Below the pieces are notes generated by a model. That model had not been told where the DNA came from. It worked only from the letters and a program-made list of their open reading frames with translations, and did not search any database. A stretch of 64,000 nucleotides of DNA from Candidatus Bathyarchaeota archaeon (lineage in GTDB: Archaea; Thermoproteota; Bathyarchaeia; Bathyarchaeales; Bathycorpusculaceae), in assembly GCA_963806535.1 (NCBI GenBank), contig CAWDYC010000004.1, forward strand, positions 416,001-480,000. Direction: 5' to 3'. Position numbers and translations under genes: made by a program. Of this stretch, positions 33,625-43,702 are shown piece after piece. The stretch's first letter is position 1, and the number at the start of each line of letters is the position of its first letter.

Positions 33625-34474
33625 TTGAGCAGATTGTCGCTTCCCCTATATCACATCTACGTAGAGTACGCCGAGCCAGAAAAGTCAGGGGTCCGCTTCA
33701 ACGTTTCCCAAGAGGAACTTACCCGCACCTTCGCCACACCTTTCGCTGCCGGGCAGCCTTTCTGGTTTATGGGCAGACTCCTCAACCCTATCAAAGTCAC
33801 CAAAGTCGTACTCTTCTGGTCGCACGTAACAGCAGACAAACTAGTGCTGCCTAACCATGAAAACCTTGTATCTGCCAAAGACAAAAAATATCTCATCGAA
33901 AGCATCGTCAAAGGCAAAGTCAAAGGCGTTTACCTCTGCACAGAAAAATTTTTACCCTCAACAGAAAACAAGCCTTCCCCCAACCAATCGACAACCTCAG
34001 CTTCAGGGAATTTGAGTCGCAGAATTATCGTTGTTTCCGGCACAGATGAAGAAATGAATCAGGCTCTTAATGAGGCTTTAACTAAACTTTCGCTTATACC
34101 CCTGGTTTTGTGTGAAGAGCCAAGCCAAGGCAAGAAAATAGTAGAGAACTTTAGCAGAGACTACGCCGATGTTGCTTTTGCGGTGGTTTTGTTGTCACCG
34201 GACGATTTTGGGTATGCTAAAAATGATGCCGCTACAAAACGCAAGTTAAGACCTCGGCAAGATGTGGTTTTTGAACTTGGTTTCCTTTTGGGAAAGTCTT
34301 GGCAAGGGCAACGTACTTGTCTTTTTTAGAGAATGCGCAAACTTTGAAATCCCCACAGATTTTGAAGGCATAAAATTCACCGCGTTCGATGATCGTGATA
34401 GCTGGAAACTTGCTCTCATACGTGAACTTTCCAACTGCGGGTTGGCTGTTGACGGTGACAGAATCCTAAAATAA
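33625..34474 (+). CDS. TIR-like nucleotide-binding protein (CAP12/Pycsar-type TIR) with unknown N-terminal domain; frameshift ~34295
   Basis: FAVVLLSPDD.G...RPRQDVVFELGFLLGK(L)G...FEIPTDFEGI. Confidence 0.85.
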
Positions 34475-34530
34475 CCACTTAGGTTTGACAGTGAAGTTTC
34501 CATATCAAAATGAACTATCCCTATGCATAG

Positions 34531-35142
34531 TTAATATGCGCTAATATTACGCTTACTTAAGATGTGAACTGCAACTATTAATAGAGAAAGAGGAAGAAGC
34601 ATTAATGGGAAAATTGGAGTGCTGTTTGTATAATGACCGTAAAATGCATACCATAATACGTTATGGAAAGTAAGAAAAATAGCGATAATACCTGAAGCGA
34701 ATGCAAAAATCATGCCAACAATCGAAAAAGTCATGTATTTGACCTTAATAAGAAAAACTCCACTTGCAAGCGTAAAAAAAGATGCGCTCAGAAGCCAAAC
34801 AGCATACCAGAATCCGAAGCCTACTGCTATAGTTGTACCAACGTAGTTAGAGTTTGACGAGAAGTAAATAATCAAACCAGAGCAGAGCATTACTAGAGAC
34901 TCAAGTATCACTAGGGTTGTCATTATTTGCTTCAATTCTGAGACTTTAGATGAATTATTTATTGCTCCCCAGAGAACTAAACTTATGCCACAAAACGCAG
35001 AAAGACTACTAACAGTTGCTGTTGCCTCAGCAAGAGAATATAGTTTGTTATATTGACTTAATTCTGGGTTTGAAGCGAGTAGGCTAATAGACAAATAGCA
35101 AAATGCTGAAGCCACCGCAAGAAGGCTTAACCCACAAATCAA
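34531..35142 (-). CDS. Multi-pass membrane protein
   Basis: About six hydrophobic helices; start uncertain. Confidence 0.6.
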   Translation of the reverse strand: MICGLSLLAVASAFCYLSISLLASNPELSQYNKLYSLAEATATVSSLSAFCGISLVLWGAINNSSKVSELKQIMTTLVILESLVMLCSGLIIYFSSNSNYVGTTIAVGFGFWYAVWLLSASFFTLASGVFLIKVKYMTFSIVGMIFAFASGIIAIFLTFHNVLWYAFYGHYTNSTPIFPLMLLPLSLLIVAVHILSKRNISAY

Positions 35143-35494
35143 TGTTTTCTTGCTTATACCAACCCAACCATCTTTGGTTTTATTATTTCTAAACTAAAAA
35201 GAGTTTGCAAACAAAAATAAAATTTGAAAAAATAGGGCTTTCAATAAAATGTGACATAGCATATCCAATAGGCGGCAAAATTCCTCAAGAAGTATGAACT
35301 CACGATTTATCTCTGTTTTTATTTTTTCCTTCTATAGTTATTCCACATGCTAGCGTAAACGCCATTTTTCGGAAAACCAATCATTATCAAACTCTTTCCA
35401 TCCGTGGGGCAGTGTTTTGTGTCTTTTGTTTTCAAAATTTAAGTTTTGGATAAATAAGAACAAGCTATGGCAAAAAAGTGCATAAGAGCAAAAA

Positions 35495-35911
35495 CTAAGG
35501 TATCGTGAATGTTGGAGACGCAAAACAGCCGTCCTCAGTTGTGTCCAGAGTTACAAAATAGTTACCAGTTGGCAAAGTGCAGTTAACTCTTAAAGTTGCG
35601 GATTTACCTTGTAATATTAAAATTGATAGATTCGAGGTTGCTGCAACTGTACCATTATTTTCTTCAATGTATGCTTGAGTAAAATTGATGTCATTCCTAT
35701 TGATGTCACACTTAATTACCTTTACATCAACAAAGACGGCATTAGAAGTACCATTAGTAAAAACATTTGTTATAGCAACTTCTTCTTGAAATGTCCCACC
35801 AGGTTCATGGGTTATTACTCCTTTTGTTGACTCATCAATGCCATATACAATTACAGCAGCAATTACCGCAATCAAAACTACGCTGACAACCACCAAGATA
35901 TCTTTTTTCAT
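35495..35911 (-). CDS. Small N-terminally anchored surface protein (pilin-like)
   Basis: Hydrophobic N-terminal helix then beta-rich domain; no clear class III cleavage site. Confidence 0.6.
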   Translation of the reverse strand: MKKDILVVVSVVLIAVIAAVIVYGIDESTKGVITHEPGGTFQEEVAITNVFTNGTSNAVFVDVKVIKCDINRNDINFTQAYIEENNGTVAATSNLSILILQGKSATLRVNCTLPTGNYFVTLDTTEDGCFASPTFTIP

Positions 35912-36179
35912 TTCATTAACCTAAGTTCAAGCAACCTGTAAACACTATCTCAAAGGATTTAGGATATAACACTTATTTACGCTTGATTCATAAAATCGAT
36001 CTCAACAATCAACCAAAAAAGCGCAAAGAGCAAAAAAATAAATCGAATAACAAATTAATTAAGATAAACAAGAGAAATATGCCAGAAAACCAGCCAAAAA
36101 AACACAATGGATGGCTAACTTTATGGATTTTATTGATTGCGGGTGCAAACGTTTTAGGTAAAGCTAAACAGCATTTACA

Positions 36180-37289
36180 TTAAGAAGGTGGATTGCTTTT
36201 TGCCTTGTGACTGCTTCTTAGGACCAATAACACTACAACTATTATAACTACCGCGACGGCAATTAGGAAGGATAGTCCTGTAAGTATTGCAGAATACAGG
36301 GGATAGAACGGAAAAGCATCAATGAATGGATTAATATTCTGCTTAACATAAGGATAAACATATGAGACTGCGCCATTGTTTGCCCAAATTTGAACTCCCA
36401 AGCCCTGTAACCCTGAAGCAGGCATATTGCTAATGTTTAACATTATGTTCCAATAAGGGTAAAGTGTTGATTTTTCCTTAACGATAGTTTGTAACGTAAC
36501 TGCATAAACTCCAGTAACGTTAAGGTTAGAGACTTTGACTTGAGTCCCATTTCCAAGTGTTGTGTAATAAGAATAAGTCTTGATGTAGTTCTCAGCTATG
36601 TTTATTGCTTGTTCTTTAGAGACACTTATGCTTGTATCACCGATTTTTTGGTAAACCCTGCTGTCAGCAAAGTCCAAGTCAATTGAACTTAGAAAGATAG
36701 TTAAACCAGTGTATTCTGCTCCATTAATTGTAATATAAAAGGAAAATTGACTGTGATTAGGGTATGATGAAATTCTGAGCGTTAAGTTGCCAGATACTTC
36801 AGTGGTATTTCTTTCGGAACCAACAATCTCTAACATGTTTGCCATCTGCTGTACTTGAGGATCCTTCGTTAATGCCTGATATCGCTCAACAATGCCCAAT
36901 GTCCTATTGAAATTATCCTGCTTTGATGGCAAATATTGCAAGCCACCATCGCCTGAATTCAAGCTGCAGTGACCTAAGGTGCCATTATAGAAATTAAAGA
37001 TCGCATTTCCATCAAGTGTTGGAAAAAGATATGAGTCAGCTAAATCCATCGTGTAGAAAAGATGTTCGTTTTCAGTATATTTGGGGTTTAGCGTTAATGT
37101 ATACTTTGAAAGGTCAAGTTGGATAACATCACGAAGAAAGGACAGTGACTTATCCTGCAGATCCTGGCTAGTTGTTGTCGCTTGAACCTTTGGCATTTGT
37201 GGCAAGAGTAGAACAACGATTAACGGAATAAGTACAAAAACAGCTAGTTTCTTACGATCGAATGAGCGACTGACATGATTAGATGTCAA
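36180..37289 (-). CDS. Secreted protein with C-terminal membrane anchor
   Basis: Signal peptide, SKEQAINIA (PepSY-like) segment, C-terminal TM. Confidence 0.7.
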   Translation of the reverse strand: MTSNHVSRSFDRKKLAVFVLIPLIVVLLLPQMPKVQATTTSQDLQDKSLSFLRDVIQLDLSKYTLTLNPKYTENEHLFYTMDLADSYLFPTLDGNAIFNFYNGTLGHCSLNSGDGGLQYLPSKQDNFNRTLGIVERYQALTKDPQVQQMANMLEIVGSERNTTEVSGNLTLRISSYPNHSQFSFYITINGAEYTGLTIFLSSIDLDFADSRVYQKIGDTSISVSKEQAINIAENYIKTYSYYTTLGNGTQVKVSNLNVTGVYAVTLQTIVKEKSTLYPYWNIMLNISNMPASGLQGLGVQIWANNGAVSYVYPYVKQNINPFIDAFPFYPLYSAILTGLSFLIAVAVVIIVVVLLVLRSSHKAKSNPPS

Positions 37290-37406
37290 GTAGTCAGATC
37301 CCAGTTCTGTTATGCTCGTTTAATGATTTAAGTTTTTGAAAGAGTAAAGCGGGCGAATCTTGATCAATTTTTTTGCATTACTAATGCATAAATTTATATT
37401 TTATAA

Positions 37407-38645
37407 ATGCACAGTTTATGGTTGATGATACTCAAAGAAACCCTAAAAAGCATAGTCGAAATTCAACAAAAAGACCTCAAGTTCCTAAACTATGGTATAC
37501 CTCGAACATTAACCAGTGACATTGACCTTACATTGCCATTTGCAATTATCTTGTCTGGCATTAGGCGCTGCGGAAAAAGCACACTGTTACGCCAAGTAAT
37601 GAAAGAAACAAACGGCAAATATTACTTCAATTTTGAAGACCCCAAAGCAATCAATTTTGACCTTAACGATTTCCAGAAGCTGGATGAGCTGTTCCAAGAA
37701 GAATTCGGACATGGAGAATGTTATTATTTTGATGAAATTCAAAATGTGGAAAAATGGGAAATCTTTGTAAGAACTATGCTGGATAAAGGCAAACATTTCC
37801 TAATAACTGGTTCAAACGCTTCACTTTTAAGCAAGGAGCTTGGAACAAAGCTTACAGGCAGGCACTTAAGACAAGAGCTATTTCCATTCTCTTACCGCGA
37901 ATTTCTAGCTTTCACCTCGGGCGAAGAAGGCTCAGAAACTTTCGGAGAATATTTAAAGAAAGGTGGTTTCCCTGAATACCTTCAATTCGGCAGAAGCGAA
38001 ATTCTTCAAGAATTGCTAAATGACATAGTTATGCGAGATATTGTCGTTCGGCATAAACTTAGAAGCCCGAAGGCGATAAAAGAAATGGCGCTATTTCTAA
38101 TTTCAAACGTAGGCGTTGAATTTTCCTATAATAGTCTTGCAAAGACCTTTAGCCTCGGTTCAACTAATACCGCTATTTCGTTTATTTCATATTTAGAAGA
38201 CAGTTACCTTTTGTTTACCGTTCCTAAATTCAGTTATTCTCTAAAAAAACAGTTGGTGAACCCCAAGAAAATATATGTAATAGATAATGGATTAGCTGAC
38301 GTAAATTCAGTGTCTTTTTCATCAAACAAAGGCAGAATACTTGAAAACGCAGTATTTTTGGATCTGCGTAGAAGGGGAAAGGAAATATTTTATTTTAAGG
38401 ACAAAAAGGAATGTGACTTTGTGGTAAAGGAAGAAAGCAGGATCACGCAAGCCATCCAAGTCTGTTACACCTTGAACGAAGACAACAAAACTAGGGAGAT
38501 TGATGGCGTCATGGAAGCTTTAGAGGCATTTGATTTATCTGAAGGATTGATTTTAACCTTTGATCAACAAGATATGCTTAAAATCGACGGAAAAACTATA
38601 AGGGTAGTTCCTGCTTGGCGCTGGTTTGAAGGATTGTTTTCCTAA
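37407..38645 (+). CDS. AAA_14 ATPase with C-terminal DUF4143 domain
   Basis: GIRRCGKST, FDEIQ, TGSNASLL...LTGR, GGFPE, KKIYVIDNG, ECDFVV. Confidence 0.92.
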   Translation: MHSLWLMILKETLKSIVEIQQKDLKFLNYGIPRTLTSDIDLTLPFAIILSGIRRCGKSTLLRQVMKETNGKYYFNFEDPKAINFDLNDFQKLDELFQEEFGHGECYYFDEIQNVEKWEIFVRTMLDKGKHFLITGSNASLLSKELGTKLTGRHLRQELFPFSYREFLAFTSGEEGSETFGEYLKKGGFPEYLQFGRSEILQELLNDIVMRDIVVRHKLRSPKAIKEMALFLISNVGVEFSYNSLAKTFSLGSTNTAISFISYLEDSYLLFTVPKFSYSLKKQLVNPKKIYVIDNGLADVNSVSFSSNKGRILENAVFLDLRRRGKEIFYFKDKKECDFVVKEESRITQAIQVCYTLNEDNKTREIDGVMEALEAFDLSEGLILTFDQQDMLKIDGKTIRVVPAWRWFEGLFS

Positions 38646-38827
38646 GGAATTCTCATCTTGTTGTGCTTGTTATGGCTCGGTAGAACATCAATTTTCCAAG
38701 CTGAACATTTGGGCTAAAATCCCGATAGCCGTTTGTTTTAATCTAAATTTAAGTTTTCGTCAACAGTTAAAGAAACAAGATCCAGAAACCCACCAAAAAT
38801 TTAGGCGATGATCCAAAAAAAGCAAAG

Positions 38828-39310
38828 ATGGGAAAGATTAATTTGGTAAACGTAAAATGTATTGTTATGAGCGACAAAGATAGAGTTGCTCGGTTGCATG
38901 AACTCTTAAAAGACCCTACTCGACAAAAGATACTGCTAAAGCTGGGTGAGCATAATAAACTGAGTTTTGATGAATTAATGAAAGACGTAAAAATTGATGA
39001 CCAAATGCAACTCTACAATGAATTAAAGATTTTGCGTGACTTAGTTACAAAAGCGAAAGGTGAGAATTATCAATTTCAACAAGACGTTGGTTCGAAAGAC
39101 ATTAGCGAGAGGTACGTACTTACTGAAGAAGGACATGATGTTGTTGATTGGATGATAGCTTTTCCAGTGCTCGCTGATGGTAAACTCAAACATCGGGGCG
39201 GTTTGTTCGACGTTTTGTTAATCATGTTTGTTATGATTGTCATGACAATAGTAATTTACTTTATTTTGGTAGCGTTAGGCTTTCATTTGGACACTAGTTG
39301 GGGTGGATAG
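38828..39310 (+). CDS. Winged-helix (ArsR-like) protein with C-terminal TM helix
   Basis: LKDPTRQKILL.L...LSFDELM...YVLTEEG, then a long hydrophobic helix. Confidence 0.75.
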   Translation: MGKINLVNVKCIVMSDKDRVARLHELLKDPTRQKILLKLGEHNKLSFDELMKDVKIDDQMQLYNELKILRDLVTKAKGENYQFQQDVGSKDISERYVLTEEGHDVVDWMIAFPVLADGKLKHRGGLFDVLLIMFVMIVMTIVIYFILVALGFHLDTSWGG

Positions 39311-39394
39311 TTACTACTCATAACTACTATTTTTTAGAATTGACTGGTTTAATTTCGTAAATCCTATTCGTAAAAGTCTCTTGACTGAGGCTCG

Positions 39395-40837
39395 TTAAAG
39401 TTTGTTTACTGAACTTGTTTTTTGTTTCTTGAAGAAAACCAACAACCCAGCAACCACAACCGCTGTAACTACTGAAACAGCGGCAACAGTTACAATCGGA
39501 AAAAACTCTGACTTGGCTATGATAAAATGGATTGTTTCTGAGGCGCCCATGTTTCCATAAGTGTCATTCGCATAAACTGTGATACTGTGAGACCCGCTTG
39601 GAAGCCCAGTCAAAAATGTGTTGCCAGTTAAGGTCACGTTTTGTTGCCCATCCAGACTATAACCAGTCCAGTTAACAGCTTTGTCAGCAATGAAAAACAG
39701 CTGCACACTAGAATTATCATATGTTTGGTTTGCAGGCGATTGAATTGATATTATTGGCGGAGTATGTTCTAGAACATATGAAGGATCAGGAGTGCCATAT
39801 CCAATAGGGAAATATTGATCATTTCTTGCGCTTGGATAATATGTATCAAAAAAGCGTTGAGGATCTATTCCTCCACCGATAGCGTAGAAAGTGTCGTTGA
39901 CAACAGCCACGCCATAGCCAGCTCGATTTGAAAGCTGGGTAGTAGCAGCATACGTCCAACTGTCATTTGCTGGATTATAAACGCCAGTTTGGTTTTCACT
40001 AAATACATAGATTCGTCTTGGTGTGGAAATACCTGTTGTGGCGTCTCCTGACACTTCAAAAGTTGCATAACCTTGAAGACCCGTGGCATGATAAGGTATG
40101 GTTGAATTAAGAATACTCCATGAATCTTTCAGGGGATCGTAAACTTGGTTCAGTAGGCTCAAGCCTTCGACGTAAATTTTGCCATCAAGCACTGCCGTGA
40201 CAAGGGTATCATAGTTTTTATTTACAGAAGGTGCCTTGCTTTTTGTTACCCATGAATCATTTGCTGGGTTGTATGCATATGTTTCGCCAGAATGACTGAT
40301 TACATAGATTAATCCATTAACAACGCTTGCTTTAATGGGCCACTCTTTCGAAGGCAGAGATGCTTTAGTTTGCCATGTGTTATTTGCAGTGTTGTAAACT
40401 TCATTAATAACACTGACCACTTGAGTATTGAGTCCATAAAATGGTACGCTTGTAAGTCCTCCTATGCAGTAAATTTTGCTTTGATAAACTGCTACTGCAA
40501 AACTCTCTCTTGCCGTTGACATCGGAGCTTTGTAAATCCAACTGTCTGTAATAGGGTTGTATTCTTCGTTGGTATTTACTGTTCCACCATTAAGACCCGC
40601 GTAAAAACCTTGATCTTGATTATACAAGCCAAAAACGTCGTCTCCTCCAATTGCGTAAATCTCACCATTTACTGCAACAACCCCAAGATTGGCTCTTGCA
40701 GTATTCATTGAGGCTTTGGAAACCCATGTGTTCTCAACAGATACAATTGATGAAGCTCCAGAAACAGGCTTATCCGCAATTACCAAAGATGAAGTCAGGC
40801 ATACGAGAATAAGCATTACGGCTAATCCTTTACCCAT
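39395..40837 (-). CDS. Kelch-repeat surface protein with Ig-like domain and C-terminal TM
   Basis: Repeated IYAIGG/YNP.TDSW...M.TAR Kelch units; GYSLDGQ.NVT, H.ITVYANDTYGN. Confidence 0.9.
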   Translation of the reverse strand: MGKGLAVMLILVCLTSSLVIADKPVSGASSIVSVENTWVSKASMNTARANLGVVAVNGEIYAIGGDDVFGLYNQDQGFYAGLNGGTVNTNEEYNPITDSWIYKAPMSTARESFAVAVYQSKIYCIGGLTSVPFYGLNTQVVSVINEVYNTANNTWQTKASLPSKEWPIKASVVNGLIYVISHSGETYAYNPANDSWVTKSKAPSVNKNYDTLVTAVLDGKIYVEGLSLLNQVYDPLKDSWSILNSTIPYHATGLQGYATFEVSGDATTGISTPRRIYVFSENQTGVYNPANDSWTYAATTQLSNRAGYGVAVVNDTFYAIGGGIDPQRFFDTYYPSARNDQYFPIGYGTPDPSYVLEHTPPIISIQSPANQTYDNSSVQLFFIADKAVNWTGYSLDGQQNVTLTGNTFLTGLPSGSHSITVYANDTYGNMGASETIHFIIAKSEFFPIVTVAAVSVVTAVVVAGLLVFFKKQKTSSVNKL

Positions 40838-40884
40838 TTCTAATCAAGTTCTATTTTGGATTCGTTTGGCATAAAAGGGTTCTT

Positions 40885-40934
40885 GTCAAGGTTTCTGGAC
40901 TAAGCAGTGATTTTTTAGTCAAGGTTTGTTGACT
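40885..40934. promoter_or_regulatory. Tandem pseudo-palindromic boxes upstream of the Kelch gene
   Basis: GTCAAGGTTTCTGGACT (40885) and GTCAAGGTTTGTTGACT (40918), 33 bp apart. Confidence 0.55.
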
Positions 40935-41463
40935 TAATGGAGCTTTTTTTGAGTACCACAATTTTACTCAAGTTTGCGACGTTTTGTTTTTCTTGTGTTT
41001 GTCGTTTTATGTGTTTACCCGATTTCGATACTACATTAAACTGTATTCTATAGTATACCTTCCTTATCCATTACCAACATGATATGTATCCTAAACCGAG
41101 TAAACACCAATTGCCTTTTTCTAGAAAATCAATATCCATCTTAGCTTTTCTCCAACATACCGTAAGGTCGTTGGTTGGTTGGATTAAAATTTAATCCCAC
41201 CAATCAAAACAAATCAATGAAAGTGAGTAAGTCTTAAATTTGAATAGCTGAGAATTGAAGGGTTGATGGACTTTTATGTGTAAAAATACAGGCACGGAGA
41301 TTGTAAAACAAAATGGGAAGTAACTCAAAGAGAAATATGGTGCCGAAGTCTATCGTTTTCGGAATAATATCGAGGTTTCACAGGCGCTTAGCGAGTATTA
41401 GTGACTTAGAAACAAAAACATAAAATCGTCAATGTCTATAGTGTAAGGATGTTGTGAGAAAAC

Positions 41464-41691
41464 ATGAAACTCCATTGTGTGAAATGTGGTCGTTTGCTTC
41501 CAAAAGATGAGGGCGCAAAATCTTTGCTACCGTTTGAAGTTTACCGCTGTCAGAATTGCGGGGATGGTTTGCTTTTTAATGTGGCTACAAAAGAAGCTTA
41601 TTTGATTCCTAAAAATCTGGGACTGTTTGAGATGACGCTTGAAAAAGTTAAAGAAGCAATCAACCAAATTCCTTATGATGAAGATTACTAA
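41464..41691 (+). CDS. Small zinc-ribbon protein
   Basis: CVKCG...CQNCG. Confidence 0.65.
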   Translation: MKLHCVKCGRLLPKDEGAKSLLPFEVYRCQNCGDGLLFNVATKEAYLIPKNLGLFEMTLEKVKEAINQIPYDEDY

Positions 41692-41783
41692 CTTATATTG
41701 CAAAGTAGAAACGGGTAAGTATCAGCTCAGAGAGTATTTGGTGGGGGAAGTTTTATTTCTCGAAGTTATGAGCGGGATGAAGA

Positions 41784-41889
41784 TTGGTTAATAACGTGTC
41801 CTGAATGTCATGGTCAAGGTACAATAGGTACAGGGGACAATAGAGTGCGATGTTCAAAATGCGGTGGCTCTGGAAGAATAAAACGATAA
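41784..41889 (+). CDS. Micro-protein with DnaJ-type zinc finger (not in ORF track; needs a 1-nt correction at the start)
   Basis: ITCPECHGQGTIGTGDNRVRCSKCGGSGRIKR*: two CxxCxGxG motifs. Confidence 0.55.
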
Positions 41890-42080
41890 TACGTTTAAAC
41901 AACTGAAGACACCCACACAGATGTTCTAACTAACTATTTCTTCTTCTTTCAAAACTTACTTTAATTCTCTCTTTATCACACTATCGCCACGTATATCGCC
42001 CAAAAAAGTACAATTGCAATTCAAAACCTTTAAAGAAATAGCTATTGTTGAAACCGTATTCTTTGCTGTTTTTTCTTCGC

Positions 42081-42341
42081 TTATGGATAATGTGGAAGCT
42101 CGGTTTTTAAGGCGTCCCTTTTGAATAAAAATAGCAGCAGGAAAATTACCGCACACGCTATAGCGATTGATACAAATATGGTTCCATAAGTTATTTCAGC
42201 GCTTGTTGTTGCACCAAAATGAATAACTGCATTGTTGATTACGGTTCCGTTTGTTCCAAGCCAAATACCTATCACTCCTGGAATCATAAGGATCACCGCC
42301 GTTATTATCAGAAGAATACCTAATGGACCACCTCTGGACAT
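42081..42341 (-). CDS. Small two-TM membrane protein
   Basis: Two hydrophobic helices; TATA-like element upstream. Confidence 0.6.
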   Translation of the reverse strand: MSRGGPLGILLIITAVILMIPGVIGIWLGTNGTVINNAVIHFGATTSAEITYGTIFVSIAIACAVIFLLLFLFKRDALKTELPHYP

Positions 42342-42476
42342 AATTCAACTTTAGGTTGCTTTCCAGATTTAAGTTTTAAGCAAAAAAGCAAAGGCAAAAC
42401 AAACTCTTAAATCTGTAAAGCTTAGAAACAATTTAATAATGGAAGTCTCTGAGAACTCTCCACCCGGGTTGATAAC

Positions 42477-43223
42477 ATGGTAATGTACACGATTACGAAG
42501 AAAATAGAATCTGCCCTCGGGATTCATGACTTAGACGAACATTATATAATCGATGGTTTTGAAAACTCTCCAGTAGTCGTAGATTTAGGTGCTGGAAAGG
42601 GTGAATTCCCTGAGAGGATATTAGAAAAATATCCTTCTTCGAGAATTATTTTAGTTGAGCCCGATCCTGCTCTGATTCGTGAACTCACGAAGAAATTTGA
42701 AAAGCAAGAAAATGTGGAAATACTTGAGGGAGCCGCCGTAGGAAATGAAGAAAATAATTATCGCAAGTTTTATTTGAACAAAAATTATGGGACGAACTCA
42801 TTACACAAATCATTGTTTCCAGAAAAAGATATTCAAAGCGAAATTTCAGTAAGGATGGTCACTTTGGAAGATATTTTTTCATTGTTCCACCTTGAAAAGA
42901 TTGATTTGTTAAAGATAGACATTGAAGGAGAGGAGTGGAACATTTTGGAAAATTTTTCGAAGCACGATTTTGAAAGAATACAGCAAATATCTGTAGAATT
43001 TCATGATTTTATGGACCCTTCATTGAGACAAAGAAGCGAAAGATGCATAAAATTACTGAAAGATCTTGGGTACAGCTTTATTCACAGGGGAATAAGATAC
43101 ATGCGTGGATCACCCTACTATAACTGCCTTTTTTATGACAGAAAAAGATTGAACTCAAAAGCGATCGTTAAGTGGTTAAGCGTACCAACACAGGTATTCA
43201 TAAGCTTACAGAAACCTTACTGA
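42477..43223 (+). CDS. FkbM-family SAM methyltransferase
   Basis: VVDLGAGKG, VEPDP, IDLLKIDIEGEE, QISVEFH. Confidence 0.9.
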   Translation: MVMYTITKKIESALGIHDLDEHYIIDGFENSPVVVDLGAGKGEFPERILEKYPSSRIILVEPDPALIRELTKKFEKQENVEILEGAAVGNEENNYRKFYLNKNYGTNSLHKSLFPEKDIQSEISVRMVTLEDIFSLFHLEKIDLLKIDIEGEEWNILENFSKHDFERIQQISVEFHDFMDPSLRQRSERCIKLLKDLGYSFIHRGIRYMRGSPYYNCLFYDRKRLNSKAIVKWLSVPTQVFISLQKPY

Positions 43224-43382
43224 GATACTGGATTTGTAAGGAGGTTTCGATGACTCCACTAAGAATTACTCTGGAAATCAATTCAAAATATGAAATATCC
43301 TAAAAAATGATTTTATCTCGCTTATCAATAGTTAGAACAGCTTATTGTTTTTTAAATAAAAAAAGGATGGTTTGGTTTTGGT

Positions 43383-43583
43383 TTATTCTTGGCCGTGGTG
43401 CATCATACCCATGCCCATTCCCATGCCTTTTCCTCTTGAAGCCATGCCTTCTCTCCAATTCTGAATAATTCCTGGTAATATTTGATTCATCATTTCCATG
43501 TCTGTTTTGATTAGGTCCATGGCTGCTTGGTTTATTTCAACTTCAAAAGTTAATTTTACTTTTCCGCTTTTTTCTGCTTCCAT
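43383..43583 (-). CDS. Small Met/His-rich protein
   Basis: Strong GGAGGTGA SD; ends GKGMGMGMGMMHHGQE. Confidence 0.7.
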   Translation of the reverse strand: MEAEKSGKVKLTFEVEINQAAMDLIKTDMEMMNQILPGIIQNWREGMASRGKGMGMGMGMMHHGQE

Positions 43584-43702
43584 AAATTCACCTCCTAAAT
43601 TATGAGCTGTGATTAGTTTTAGCTACCTAGTTGGTTAATGAACTTGTTTTTTAAAGGTGCGTGACTGTGCCGAAGCAACAACAAAGGGTTTTATGGCAAC
43701 TA

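Noticed and set aside
35495-35911. Archaellin/type IV pilin
   Set aside because: Lacks the K/R-G/A cleavage motif before the hydrophobic stretch; kept only as pilin-like.
34500-43300. Integron cassette array
   Set aside because: Genes are in mixed orientation with their own promoters; no attC-like inverted repeats or integrase seen.
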